A stretch of 55,571 nt of DNA, filler included, from Piptocephalis cylindrospora (Eukaryota): NCBI GenBank assembly GCA_003614145.1. It is 3 parts of 3 records of this genome, joined end to end, with 100 filler letters (N's around TTAATTAATTAA, not from the genome) between each part and the next. Parts side by side here need not be neighbours in the genome. Positions count along the whole stretch, not along the records: positions 1 to 18,541 come from KZ987834.1; 2 more parts are not named here. One strand, written 5' to 3'. Positions within the stretch are counted from its first letter, which is position 1. Each line of letters begins with the position of its first letter. The notes below the pieces were generated by a model. The model ran no database searches. It saw only the letters and a program-made list of their open reading frames with translations, and was not told the DNA's origin. A program made the position numbers and the translations under genes. Below are positions 1 through 11,540 of the stretch, piece by piece.

Positions 1-185
1 CCACAGCGCCGCCCGTAGGGGTGCCCCCTTATAAACATCGGTAAGACCGGGGAAAAGCTTTTTTTTGCTGCCCGTATCTCCGCCGCCATCGAGACCCCCC
101 CCGATGTCTGCCTCCTCCCCCCCCGCCACTCTAAACTTCTTACTATTAATCATGCTACCAATTCCAACCCCCAGTGTTTGCGGCT

Positions 186-210
186 GGGGGGGGGGGGGGG
201 GGGGGGGGGG
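186..210 (+). repeat. G25 homopolymer
   Basis: Direct reading. Similar runs occur at 38935-38963 and 55467-55486. Confidence 0.9.
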
Positions 211-1179
211 ATATTCTGGGTCACCGGCTGCGCCTATCCGGTCGCCCCTCCCTCCATGCCTCTTGCCCAACCCTAATTCACGGTCATGTTTATAGTTCCA
301 CAGAGGGATACGCCTCTGCATGTCGTTGCTTCATAGTATTTACTCTAGTCCTAAAAGGGTTGCTTCTGGGGCGAGGCTTCATGTCTGAAGCCTTTGGGGG
401 AAGGTGTATCAGGAAGAGATGCATGAAATGGGGACTAGTAGGCCTATGACTTTTTCCCCCTCCCCCATCAGAACATCATCGAGAGGTTTACCACATTTCG
501 CTACTGAGTATGGTATGGCCGAAAATAGCAACTACTCTACCAGATATGGATGATTAAGCAGTATGTGACGCCTCCCCTCAAGATCTGAGACACCCCGACT
601 GATCAAGGATCTTTTTATAGGTGTTTGACTCTTGGCATTTCTAAGGAAGATGACGTCAGGAGTACATGAGATCCTATCGAGCTGTCGCTAGTAGTATGAC
701 TGAACTATGGATGAGCTTGTTGTGATTCTCTCCCTCAGGGTGATTGCATACCTATTGGGAGATAGGTTCTCGGATGGTGATTCCTCCCCCGAGGGCCCAA
801 GGCATATCCCATGGGACCTCCAAGCCCTTTCGAAGGGGGGGATGAACCATGGTAGTACTCAGTGTGACCACTCTCCATTCATCCAACGTACATTAACCGC
901 TGCGTTCCATCTTCGGTGGTGTTGTTATGAAATTAGAAAAGTACATGAGCGCATTGTTATTATTATTATTATTATGTGGATAACCTCTCTCATAGGGAGA
1001 TCTCCTCCTTCTTTCCTTAATTCTCTATACGTTCAAAGGGACACACGAACGATATGAACATGGGCAAGGAAACACAGCACGTGTTGTGTACTATTCTTCG
1101 CAATCTCACGAATCATCCTAATTTTTCCTCGCACTGAGACTCCTCCCTCTCTCAAATCATCAGACACATCAGAGACATA

Positions 1180-2727
1180 TCACAACTTGGAGTCATCCCC
1201 CTTTCGGTTCCAGTGGTAACTACGGTCCCGGATAAAGCCGTACCGCTGGACAAATTCATCCAGACCCTTGGGACCCCGACTGCCATACTCGTACGAATTA
1301 GGCTTGATCTTACCTTCGTCAATCTGGTGAAGGATGGGGGTGAAGATCTTCCAGGCCGCGTCTAGTTCGTCATCTCGGACAAAGTTGGAGTGGTCACCCT
1401 TGATGCAATCGAGGATGAGGTTCTCGTAGGCATCGGGGATCTTGACGTCGGCCCACCTTCGGTCATAGGATAAATCGAGCTCAGTGGTGGTGGTATCGAC
1501 GGTCAGGCCGGGCATCTTATTGGTAAGCTTGACGTAGACAGCCTCATTGGGTTGAACACGGATGATGAGCTCGTTCCGGGCAATCTTGTGGGGCATGATG
1601 TTTCCAGGAACATCCTTGAACTGGATGCGCACCTCAGCCTTAGCATCATTAAGGGCCTTACCACATTTGAGAATAAAGGGCACGCCCTCCCACCGCTCGT
1701 TCTTGACCTGAAGGGCCATGGCGGCAAAAGTAGGGGTCTTGGAGCCCTTGGGGACAGTGTCATCATCCAGATATCCAGGGTTCTTTCCATCAGCACTGGC
1801 GGTGTACTGACCGAGGAGGACATCATCCTCGGAGATGGGCACGACGGACTTGAGTACCTTGACCTTCTCATCCCGTACATCCTCGGTGGAAAGGGAGACG
1901 GGCCTCTCCATGGCGACGAGAGAGAGTAGCTGAGTGAGATGATTTTGCATGACATCCCGAATGATTCCAAACTCATCAAAGTAGCCTCCACGACCCTCCG
2001 TCCCGAATTTTTCCTTGAAGGTGATCTGGACATTGGAGACGTAGTCTCGGTTCCAGACGGCGCCAAAGAAGACGTTACTGAAGCGAAGGACGACAATATT
2101 CTTGACCATCTCTTTACCCAGATAATGATCGATGCGGTAGATCTCATCCTCGACGAAGAGGGCGCTCAGCTCGCGCTGCAGGTCTCGGGAACTTTCGAGG
2201 TCCTTTCCAAAAGGCTTCTCCACGATGATCCGCCTCTCCCCCTCGCCCTCCCAGCAAATACGCTTGATTCCCTGGGCCACCGGGACAAAGACTGAGGGAG
2301 GAAGGGCAATGTAGAAGATGCGGTTCTTGTGATTACCTCCATCCGACTCCATCCATTCAATGTTCTCCAGCAACTTCTTGTACCCATCATCCTTATCGTA
2401 CGGACCGTTGATGTACTTGCATCGGGTGAGGAACTCCCGGAGCTTGGATTTATCCTCATCTCCACTGAGCTTGATGTACTGGGTGATGCGGTCCTCAAAT
2501 TTCTCCTTATCCATCTCCGTCCGGGCATACCCGAGGATATGGGTGTTTTTGGGGAGAAAGTTGTTCTTGAAAAGGCCAAACAGGGCTGGGAAAGTCTTTT
2601 TCTTGGCGAGGTCTCCCGAGGCCCCAAAGACCACGATGGTGTTGGTGGATCCTTTGTGCTCCGGGGCCAGGAGGGAGAGCTTGCGCCTAGGGGCCTTGTT
2701 CTGCGTTTGGCTGTTGTCACTGGACAT
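1180..2727 (-). CDS. ZWF1: Glucose-6-phosphate 1-dehydrogenase (515 aa, intronless, C-terminal SKL)
   Basis: GASGDLAKKK NADP-binding motif, RIDHYLGKE signature, EKPFG and DVMQNH motifs. Start placed at the ATG at 2727 (MSSDNSQ); the upstream part of the ORF call is CT-rich leader. Confidence 0.97.
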   Translation of the reverse strand: MSSDNSQTQNKAPRRKLSLLAPEHKGSTNTIVVFGASGDLAKKKTFPALFGLFKNNFLPKNTHILGYARTEMDKEKFEDRITQYIKLSGDEDKSKLREFLTRCKYINGPYDKDDGYKKLLENIEWMESDGGNHKNRIFYIALPPSVFVPVAQGIKRICWEGEGERRIIVEKPFGKDLESSRDLQRELSALFVEDEIYRIDHYLGKEMVKNIVVLRFSNVFFGAVWNRDYVSNVQITFKEKFGTEGRGGYFDEFGIIRDVMQNHLTQLLSLVAMERPVSLSTEDVRDEKVKVLKSVVPISEDDVLLGQYTASADGKNPGYLDDDTVPKGSKTPTFAAMALQVKNERWEGVPFILKCGKALNDAKAEVRIQFKDVPGNIMPHKIARNELIIRVQPNEAVYVKLTNKMPGLTVDTTTTELDLSYDRRWADVKIPDAYENLILDCIKGDHSNFVRDDELDAAWKIFTPILHQIDEGKIKPNSYEYGSRGPKGLDEFVQRYGFIRDRSYHWNRKGDDSKL

Positions 2728-3469
2728 GAAGAGATAATGGGAAGAGTTGGAAGGGCAGAGGATGAGAGGGGGAGGGGAAAGAGGAAGACAGGATGAAAGA
2801 CACACTGGGATGGGCGGGAGGCGTGGGGGAGAGATGCACTGGGATCCCCATGGTATTTGTAGGCGTGGCCATGGAAGACGTGGTACATGGATACTCAAAC
2901 GTCTATAATGTGATGGACATTGAGTCGCGCGCGCGCACACTTATCGCAGTGATGTGTGAGTAAGCAGCTTGTTTTACTGTCCTTCATCATTACTGTCTTT
3001 TGATAGTGGAATGGGGAATGAATGGAGAAAAACGGCCCGCTCTGTGGAAAGCATCTCGGATGGGGAAGGGACGCGCGCGTATTACGCGCGCTCGACTGTG
3101 TGTGCTCAGTAAGTGTGAGTGGGATGGGGGGAGGGGGTAGAGTGGCTTTGATTTGTCCCGAAGGGGGCCTGCTGAAAGGAGGATCAGAGAAACGTACAGT
3201 CTTCGTCTTTACTCAGCTCAAACATCTCCACTCCACCTTACGTATCTAGTGCGTCATTTCCCACTGTGGTGTAAAGGTGGCACTTGAAAGCTATGCCACT
3301 ATAATACTGTGGAGACTGGCAGGTGTGAGGTGTGAATCATTTGTCTCAATTCGAGTGTGGGCCAAGAGGGTGGGAAATGTGGGTCTGTTTTGGCCTGGGT
3401 TTTGGAGGATGATAAAATGAGTGTGTGCTGAGCACGTACGTTCTCCCAAATACTTCTCTCGGCACATAC

Positions 3470-3899
3470 CTTCTGGAGCAAGGTAAATCCTCCCGAGTTC
3501 CCCATAGGCCTGCAGTAAGTGTCGTACCTTGAGAGGCTTCATGAAAGGAGGCACTCGGGACATGTACAGTATCCCCGTCTTATCTTTGGCTCTTTGGTAT
3601 GCCTTAGCCTCCTCCTTGGATAGAGGGGCAACAACATCATTTTTGGCCGCCGAGGTGATTTGCGTCTCTTCTTCCTCTTCTTCCTCTTCGCCCTCTTCTC
3701 CCTCTTCGCCCTCTTCTCCCTCTTCTTCTTCTTCCTCCATCTCCTCTACCTCATCTTCAGATTCAGTGTCAGAAGAATCGGTGGGCCGGCGTGCTCTACG
3801 AGTTTGCTGGCTCCGGGAATCTTCAATGACATCCTGCTCCTCCTCAAGGGTCTCTTCGATATCGCGAGACTCGGCATCCAATCCAAAAATGTCGTCCAT
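3470..3899 (-). CDS. ESF2: Pre-rRNA processing protein ESF2/ABT1, 5' exon only; 3' part not found in the window
   Basis: Acidic N-terminus, then KTGILYMSRVPPFMKPLKVRHLLQAYGELGRIYLAPE (start of the ESF2/ABT1 RRM), followed by a GTATGT donor at 3469. Confidence 0.8.
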
Positions 3900-4331
3900 G
3901 GCTAGAAGGTGGTTATAAAGAAAGTGCAGATGCGATGAAGGGGATGTGTAAGGATCGAGGAGGCCTGGTGCACAAAGACAGATATTAGGCGCATCCCCCG
4001 CACATACATGAATGAATTTGTTTTTTTTTGCCAGGTCTGGTCTTAGAATTGGAGTATGGGCTCTACTGTGGCTGGACCACACTCTCGCTCCACAACATCA
4101 TTAAGCTTGCCTTCCAACACCCTCAATGGAGGGAGCCAGTGAGCGTGTAACCTGGCTACCTAGGTGGAGTGGCAGTAGGCGTTTAAGGGTCAGTGGTATA
4201 CACGCTTCCCGTCTTCCCAAATCTCTCGATCCCTGCATCATCCATCCTAAGATCAAGTCCATCCGGACCAAAACAGCTCTAGCCCATTGCCATCCTCCCC
4301 TTCCTACTTTCCAAGGCCAGCCAGCAGCATT

Positions 4332-5057
4332 ATGGTTAGTCGCCTTCCCCAACATCGTATCCGCGTAGTACCCTCTCACTCACCCTTGTCCCCCTAACCA
4401 CATAACCACATAGTCCGTAACACTCCACACCGACGTCGGCGACCTGAAGATTGAAATATTTTGCGAGGCCGTCCCCAAGGCAGCCGAGAATTTCCTGGCT
4501 CTCTGTGCCAGCGGGTATTATGACAATACGACCTTTCACCGAAACATAAAGGGATTCATGGTGCAGGTAAGGAATGGCATGATATTGTGCTAAATGTAGG
4601 AAAAGATTTGGATTGTTCATGGACCCTTCCTTCTTTAGGCGGGTGACCCTACGAATACGGGAAAGGGAGGGGAGAGCATTTGGGGTGGGAAGTTTGAGGA
4701 TGAGGTACGATCCACGCTCAAGCACAATGCCCGAGGCATTGTCAGCATGGCCAACTCAGGCCCGGACACCAATGGCTCTCAATTCTTCATCACCTATGCC
4801 AAGCAACCCCATCTCGATTCTAAATTTACTGTCCTGGGCAAGTAAGTCTCGAGGACTGAGGGTCCAAGGGGAATATGAATGATCGACACTCACCTACTTG
4901 CATCCCTTATCATCTTTTAACTAGGGTCATCTACGGAAATGACACCACCCTGGATGAACTCGAGTCTCAGAATGTCGATTCTAAGAATCGACCCACTGAT
5001 CCTGTAAGGATCCGTCGTGTCACCGTTCACGCCAATCCCATTGCCGACAAATCTTGA
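4332..5057 (+). CDS. CYP10: Cyclophilin-type PPIase, PPIL3/CYP10 subfamily (exons 4332-4334, 4414-4566, 4639-4841, 4925-5057)
   Basis: Manual splicing gives [74 protein letters not shown]...[25 protein letters not shown]...VTVHANPIA; all introns GT-AG. Confidence 0.93.
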
Positions 5058-5159
5058 TGGTTCAAGGAGCCATGAGGGGTTAATGGGAAATAAACATGTA
5101 TTGAAGCATTCTCGGATGAAGAATAACAAAAAAAGAATAAGGCCGGGAAGGGTCAATAA

Positions 5160-6136
5160 TCACCCGTGATGCGGTCGTTCACGTGTTACTTCACACTAAT
5201 CATTCATGGAGAGTGTGAGAAGAGCGTCTCATCAGAACCGAGATGTCCTTCCATCAGAATTACTATATTTCCCTCTTACCTTGATCCAACCGATATGCAA
5301 TGCATGTAGAGGACTGAGAGATGTAGCCATGGGATTCATATACCCAGCCCCTTCGCTGACCTCCTTTCCCTTGCCCTTGGACATGGCGCTTCTGGAGCTC
5401 ATCTCGTCATCACCTTGATCTTCTACCCCTTCATCAGGAATCCAGGGAAGTAGATCGGACCCATCGGTCAATGGAAGCATCGCTTGCCGAAGGTGCATGA
5501 CTAGGGACCATGTCCGATCACTCATTTCCTCCTGGCTGTTCAATGACCCATCCATCCCCACCCGAAAGGATCGGTAGAGAGCTGCCAGGCACGCACGATA
5601 CCGTACCTCAAGCTCCAGAGCCGACGGGCCTCCCTGGAGTGATTCATGTTCCAAGGAGGAGTTGTTAGCGAGTGCGGAGAGTGGGAGGAGCGAGTGAATG
5701 CCAAAAGTGAATCGATCTACTAGTCGATTTGTCCTGATATCTAAGCTAATTCGCTCTACAAGTCCCTGCTGCAGCGAGGGCCGCATAGCCAGAAGAAAAT
5801 CCCGAACATACCCGGTCAGGTCAGGATGACGGGAGACGTAGATGGGTATACCATATTTACATCTTCGCTCAAAGAGGTTCTCTGGATACATGTGTCCATG
5901 ACGCAAAATGGTATAAATAGCTACCTCCACTATGGGGAAGAGGGGGGAGATGAGATGTGAGCTAGCAATTGGTGAGGAGGGGAGGCTGCGCTCAACTTAC
6001 AAAACTCGGTTAGTGTATCCAAGGTCTCTATCCATAGTGTTATTAGCAGTATCGACAAAGGGCATGGGTGAGTACAAGAGCAAGATGATTATATACGCTC
6101 ATAGATACCTTCATAACTCAAGGACCCCAAGGGCAT
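5160..6136 (-). CDS. REV7: HORMA-domain protein, DNA polymerase zeta accessory subunit REV7/MAD2L2-like (about 4 exons)
   Basis: Spliced TLTEFLEVAIYTILRHGHMYPENLFERRCKYGIPIYVSRHPDLTGYV matches the REV7 N-terminal pattern. The terminal exons are inferred from GT-AG sites. Confidence 0.8.
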
Positions 6137-6734
6137 GCTGATGAGGGGAGGAAGGACGCAGAAAACTAAAGTGACTGGTAGTGCCTGGAAACAAGTGAGA
6201 TTTAGGTCAAGACGTTTGAAAAGACGCGTCCTGCCAGGACGTGTGTGCACCATCTAACCTTTGGGGAAGCGCATTTATGTCGCTTTGACACATTCGTTGA
6301 CTCATTATCACTCAGGAAAATAAACGCTATCTAATGAATGAGTAAAAAAGAAGTGTAAGCCATTAGGACTAGGAAATAATAGAATGACACTTAATTTAAT
6401 ATGATGGCATGGGGGGTGCTATATGTTCCTCATTAGTACACTAGTTAAAATGAGAAAGGTGTAATCTACTTTTCCTCGTTATGATAACATATGATCGCGG
6501 CCACTTTCTTCAACATTCCCTATCATCTTGATATACTCCTTTAACGTCTATCATCCAAAAAAAGCTAGTCTTTTTTTATTGATTATCCCTTCTATGAACC
6601 TAATGATGCTTGGTTCTCTATAATGCTTTTTCATCATTACCATCTGGGGCAAGGATCCTGGATCATGTATTGATTTGCCTGGTCCAGGCGAGCAGTCATC
6701 TGAGGCTGTATCCCCACTGAACACATACACATTC

Positions 6735-6952
6735 ACACACACACACACACAGAGAGAGAGAGGCTTTGCCCTCACACCCACGGGTATACCGCTACTACCA
6801 CCATCCCCTGCCTTTACGCATCAGACACACACACATACACATTCACAAGGGCAACATTATCGCGGTCTATCCATCCATCTCACCTTCCCCTCCCCTCCCC
6901 TCCCCCCTATCCACCCTCTTATCCTATCCATCCATCCATCCATCCATTCATC
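6735..6952 (+). repeat. (CA)n/(GA)n and (CCAT)n microsatellites in the eIF3b leader
   Basis: Direct reading. Confidence 0.8.
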
Positions 6953-6961
6953 CTCAAAGCA

Positions 6962-9262
6962 ATGCCCACCGTTGCCCATCCCGATTTCAGTATCGATAAG
7001 CTTCCGGCGACTGAGGCCGACGTGGACGTGGAGGATATCCGCTCGGCGTATGCCCTGCCCGAATCTACAGTAGATGATTTTTCCAATATTGTCATTGTGG
7101 ACAATGTCCCTGTGGTGGACTCGGCCAAGGAGGATAAGCTGACTGGGGTATTGAGGAAGATCTTCAAGCCCTGCGGAAAGCTAGCTGGGACGGCCGATGT
7201 GGCCATTACCATGCCCAAGGACGCCGACACGGGTAAGACCCAAGGGTTTGCATTTATCGAATTTGCCTCGCCTGAGGGCGCGGTACTTGCGGTGAAGAAC
7301 CTGGACAACTACCGTATGGACAAGTCCCATGTTCTGCGCGTCAACCTGTTTGATGATGTGGAAAAGTACGTCGATCAGGCCGATCAGGAGTACGAGGAGC
7401 CAGTGATTGAGCCGTACAAGGAGAAGGAGCATTTGAAGTCTTGGCTCGCCGATCCCTCCGCTCGCGATCAATGGGTGACCCTTCGGGATGAGGAGGTGTC
7501 CATCTTCTGGAATGGAAAGTCTGAGGCCCCGGAGCACGTGTACTCTCGGAATTACTGGACCGAGACGTATATCCAATGGTCTCCATTGGGTTCTTACCTC
7601 ACCACCTACCATAGGCAGGGTGTTGCCTTGTGGGGAGGGGCTGGATGGAACAAGATCATCCGGTTCTTCCATCCCGGGGTCAAGCTCTCTCACTTCTCTC
7701 ACTCCGAAAAGTACTTTATGACCTGGTCCAATGAGCCCGCCGTCGCCATGGCTAACTCGCCCTTTGGTCCAGAGGACGAGGGGAACCAGCTGATGGTGTG
7801 GGATACTGTGACCGGGACTCTGCTCCGATCCTTCCCCACGCCCGATGGGAAGGTGGTGTGGCCTACATTCAAATGGTCCCCGGATGACCGGTATTTTGCC
7901 CGTGTAGCCCCCGGAAAGGGTCTCTCGGTCTACGAGGCCCCAGGAATGGGTCTAGTCGATAAGAAGAGCATCCCCATTGATGGGATTGTTGACTTTGAGT
8001 GGGCTCCCACAGGCACTCCTCCTGACCTTTCCCGGTCCTCGGACAAGCCCTCGACTACCACCCTGATGGTTGGAGGGAAGAGGATGCAAGATGAGGCCCT
8101 CTTATCCTACTGGACCCCCGAGGTGGGCAACCAGCCCGCTCGTGTCACCATCATGAACATCCCATCCCGTCAGATTATCCGGACCAAGAACCTCTTCCAA
8201 GTGTCAGACTGCAAGCTTCATTGGCATCCCCAGGGCGATTTCCTCTGCGTTAAGGTGGACCGACACACTCGGACCCGCAAGTCGACCTTCACCAACCTTG
8301 AAATCTTCCGGATTCGCGACAAGGACATTCCCGTCGAGGTGATTGAGCTCAAGGAACAGATTGTCATTGCATTTGCCTGGGAGCCCAAGGGTGAGCGATT
8401 CATTGCCATCTCCCAGCCCGAGGTGACCCCGGCCATGGCAGCGGCTGTCGCCCCTGGCCAGCAGATTACGCCCAAGACCACCGTGGGCTTTTACGGCCCC
8501 GACCGTAGGAAGGGCAAGGGAGTTGCTGGACTCGAGGGGTCCTTTAGCTGTATGAAGACTCTGCAGAAGCGGACAGCCAACGCCATCTTCTTTTCCCCCA
8601 ATGGTCGATTCGTCGTCCTCGCCACGCTGAGGTCGCAGACCAACTGGGACCTTGAGTTCTTTGATATGGACTTTGAGCCGATCGTCGTAGTGGATGAGGC
8701 AGTGGATGCTGCCACGGCTGCGGCCCTCAAGAAGGATCAGGCAGCTGATCCCGGGGCCTGGATCAACCTCGTAGCCACGCAGGAGCATTATGCCATTACC
8801 GATCTCTCTTGGGATCCAACTGGACGGTATGTCGCCTCATTTTCCTCGGCTTGGAGGCACTCCATGGAGAATGGCTTTGCCATCTGGGACTTTAAGGGGG
8901 CACCCCTGTACAAGAAGGCAGTGGAGCGGTTCAAGCAGCTGCTGTGGCGTCCTCGCCCCCCCTCCCTCCTGAGCAAGGAGCAGCAAAAGAAGATCCGCAA
9001 GGGTCTCAAGGAGTACTCCAAAGAGTTTGATGCCATTGATGCCTCAACCCAGTCGGCGTCCTCTGCTGCGGTCATCGCTCATCGTCAACGTCTTCTCAAG
9101 GAATGGAACGCGTGGCGCGAGCGGGTTGAGACCGACTTGGCTGAGGAGCGTTCTGCTGCTGGTCCCGAGGGTACCCTTCCCTTCTCCGAGGAGCCTGATG
9201 AGGTAATTGAGGAGATGGTGGAGGATATCGTTGAGGAGACTGAAGAGGTGGTTAAGGCCTAA
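6962..9262 (+). CDS. PRT1: Translation initiation factor 3 subunit B (766 aa, intronless)
   Basis: N-terminal RRM (IVIVDNVPVV, TQGFAFIEF), WTETYIQWSPLGSYL, beta-propeller, WDPTGRYV, LLWRPRPPSLLS. Confidence 0.97.
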   Translation: MPTVAHPDFSIDKLPATEADVDVEDIRSAYALPESTVDDFSNIVIVDNVPVVDSAKEDKLTGVLRKIFKPCGKLAGTADVAITMPKDADTGKTQGFAFIEFASPEGAVLAVKNLDNYRMDKSHVLRVNLFDDVEKYVDQADQEYEEPVIEPYKEKEHLKSWLADPSARDQWVTLRDEEVSIFWNGKSEAPEHVYSRNYWTETYIQWSPLGSYLTTYHRQGVALWGGAGWNKIIRFFHPGVKLSHFSHSEKYFMTWSNEPAVAMANSPFGPEDEGNQLMVWDTVTGTLLRSFPTPDGKVVWPTFKWSPDDRYFARVAPGKGLSVYEAPGMGLVDKKSIPIDGIVDFEWAPTGTPPDLSRSSDKPSTTTLMVGGKRMQDEALLSYWTPEVGNQPARVTIMNIPSRQIIRTKNLFQVSDCKLHWHPQGDFLCVKVDRHTRTRKSTFTNLEIFRIRDKDIPVEVIELKEQIVIAFAWEPKGERFIAISQPEVTPAMAAAVAPGQQITPKTTVGFYGPDRRKGKGVAGLEGSFSCMKTLQKRTANAIFFSPNGRFVVLATLRSQTNWDLEFFDMDFEPIVVVDEAVDAATAAALKKDQAADPGAWINLVATQEHYAITDLSWDPTGRYVASFSSAWRHSMENGFAIWDFKGAPLYKKAVERFKQLLWRPRPPSLLSKEQQKKIRKGLKEYSKEFDAIDASTQSASSAAVIAHRQRLLKEWNAWRERVETDLAEERSAAGPEGTLPFSEEPDEVIEEMVEDIVEETEEVVKA

Positions 9263-9628
9263 TTGTTACGGGGATGTGTGAGTGTTCGAAGAAGGTGAAT
9301 GAATGGAAAGGAAGAGGGTGCAAGGGTATATGAATGCATTCTTGTTTCTCTTGGAAGTCATGATATAATTTGCTTGGGGCCTAGCGCTAGAGTTGCACGC
9401 AATGATAATGATATAAAGGTATGCCCTCCCTTTGTTTGTATGGCCCCATGCTGGGCGACTTGATTTTCCACATATCGAGGAAGGAAACATAAAGGATAAG
9501 ACAATGAATGACATGAGTATATAAAGTGACGTGGGATGTGCGGAGTAGGTGGTGCGATTCCTGTTCTTTCCTTCTTCAAATAGTAACAACAATAATACAC
9601 ACCCATCACAACGTGCCTTTTCTGCAGC

Positions 9629-10329
9629 ATGTCCGAGCATTTTTCTATGGAAGCGCGTGTTGGTCGAGACCGACAACGGTACACTGCAGATGAGTACCGG
9701 GAGGTGAGCGATAGAGGGCCCTTTGGGATTTGGCATGAGCGTCGATTTGTCTGACTGTATCAGAGGAATGTAGGTGGTAGGGACTGTGCCTGTGGATATG
9801 GCCACTGGTAAACTCTTATTGATCTCGAGTCGAAAACATCCCGGTCAATGGGTCATTGTAAGGATGCTTGATGTCGGGTCGGATGGGGCAATGCGTGTCC
9901 TTGCTTACCTGCATCCTGAGGATTAATATAGCCCAAGGGAGGATGGGATGATGATGAGACACGCGAGGATGCTGCCGTGAGAGAAACCTGGGAGGAAGGT
10001 AAGCGGGAGAGAGAGGTTTGAATAGAGTAGGAAGCACTCCCATATTCATCATCCCATCCGATCCCTTTCTATTAGCCGGGGTGGAAGGAACCTTAGGACC
10101 ATTGATCCTATCTCATCGCAAAACATCAAACAAGACGGGGGCTAAAGAAAAAGGAACGCACGTCCAAATCTATGAACTTTACGTTTCCAAGGTCGCCCAG
10201 GAATGGCCCGAATCTGGGGATCGACAACGACAATGGATGAGGTACGAGGAGGCCTTGGCCCTGATCAAAGGCTTTGTCCTTGAAGCCGTCCAACAATGCA
10301 GTCTTTCCCCTGGAGGAGGAGTGGAGTAA
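9629..10329 (+). CDS. DDP1: Nudix hydrolase, diphosphoinositol-polyphosphate phosphohydrolase (DDP1/Aps1/DIPP type), 4 exons
   Basis: Spliced MEARVGRDRQRY...LLLISSRKHPGQWVIPKGGWDDDETREDAAVRETWEEAGVEG (Nudix box) ...EWPESGDRQRQW. Confidence 0.85.
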
Positions 10330-10543
10330 GTTCTCCCCGTGCGTTTTGGTAATGAAAGAATGAATTGGCCCTTGAGGATTGGGTGTGTGGGGAAGTTTAG
10401 GCTGGGCCATGTTTGACTTGGCTTGTTCGAGAAGATTGGCGTCATATGATATAAGGGCAAGGAGCCCGTTCATCGCACATATGCCTTATTTCTGTTTCGC
10501 CTACCCCCTTCCCTTCCCTTCCCTTTTCTTTCTGCCTTTCCTA

Positions 10544-11540
10544 ATGTCCTCAGATACGAACCTATCCAGTCCGCCTAGTGATGATCTGCGCAGAAGATTG
10601 CAAGAGGCCTTCTCCAGGGAAGATACAAGTGATCCACGACTAGCTCCACTACTGACTCCAGAGGCCCAGGCTTTACTTGCTCGAGCTCCCGCGACCTACC
10701 TCCAGCTGTATGGGGCCTCCTTGCCCTTGGGGGCTAGACGTGTCGTTGAAACGAGTCAAGGTAGGATACCTTTACCTCTCGGTCTTTGTGAAAAGAAGGA
10801 TTGTTCGTGTAGATTCTCACCACTCCTCTCCTGTTGTTCTTGTAGATCCTGCTCTGATGGCGCTTGTCCGGTCTCATGCCGACGTAGCTAGGGCACGGAA
10901 TCGTCGATGGGCCTATCTCGGGACCCCAGAAGCCCAGGAGTACTTTTCCGAGGAGGAGATGCGTCGTCGGCACCCGCACCTCTATCGATCCATCGTAGGA
11001 CGAGAGATCCAGGAGCGTCGATTCGATGGATGGGTGGATCGACTTCAATGGGAGTGGATGGAGATGGAGGTGGGCCAAGCTATGGGGGAAGGTGAATCTG
11101 ACCCCACGATGGAACGATCTCAGAATCAAGATAAGGAGAAAGAGGATGTTGACGATGATGAGTTTGTCGAGGAATTTGATAGCGATTCGGAAGAGGAGAA
11201 CGGAGAGAGGGAGGAGGAGGGACAGACTGGTGGGGGAGAAAATGGGGGGAGCAGCAAGAGTTCGCTTCATGAAAGTTCCATGCAGGAGGGCTCAATTGAC
11301 CAGGATCAGCCTACCATGGATGAGACCAATATCCAAGAGCGTCGACAAGAGTTTATCCGAGCGGTCCATGAACTTTTCCTTGATGGTAAGGATCCCGGAG
11401 TGCCTTATCCAGACATTGACACGGATGTTCGGTACGACGATGTTCGACAAGAAACCCAAGATCTTCAAGATGTCTACTTTGATCAGGAATTTCCTGAAGA
11501 AGGCGTCGTCTCGCACGATACGGGCATTCAAGATTATTAA
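10544..11540 (+). CDS. CCDC97: CCDC97/DUF2052-family protein (intron 10761-10845)
   Basis: RNRRWAYL...YFSEEEMRRRHPHLY, an acidic linker, then RRQEFIRAVHELFLDGKD..PY..ID....YDD...QD..D.YFD.E, as in CCDC97. Confidence 0.8.

Noticed and set aside
186..210. Poly-G runs (also 38935-38963 and 55467-55486) as functional G-quadruplex elements
   Set aside because: Homopolymer lengths are unreliable, and the last run is simply an intronic poly-C tract on the sense strand.
1..1100. ORFs 65-295, 174-449 and 707-1057
   Set aside because: They run through poly-G or (ATT)n repeats and lack protein-family features; treated as intergenic.
1503..2888. Overlapping and antisense ORFs within G6PD (likewise within eIF3b, the lipase, the DPP and GH47 genes)
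   Set aside because: These are shadow ORFs expected from GC3-rich codon usage and carry no motifs.
3665..3745. Regular 9/18-nt repeats resembling an array
   Set aside because: They encode the EEG/poly-Glu tract of ESF2 and have no spacers, so they are not CRISPR-like.
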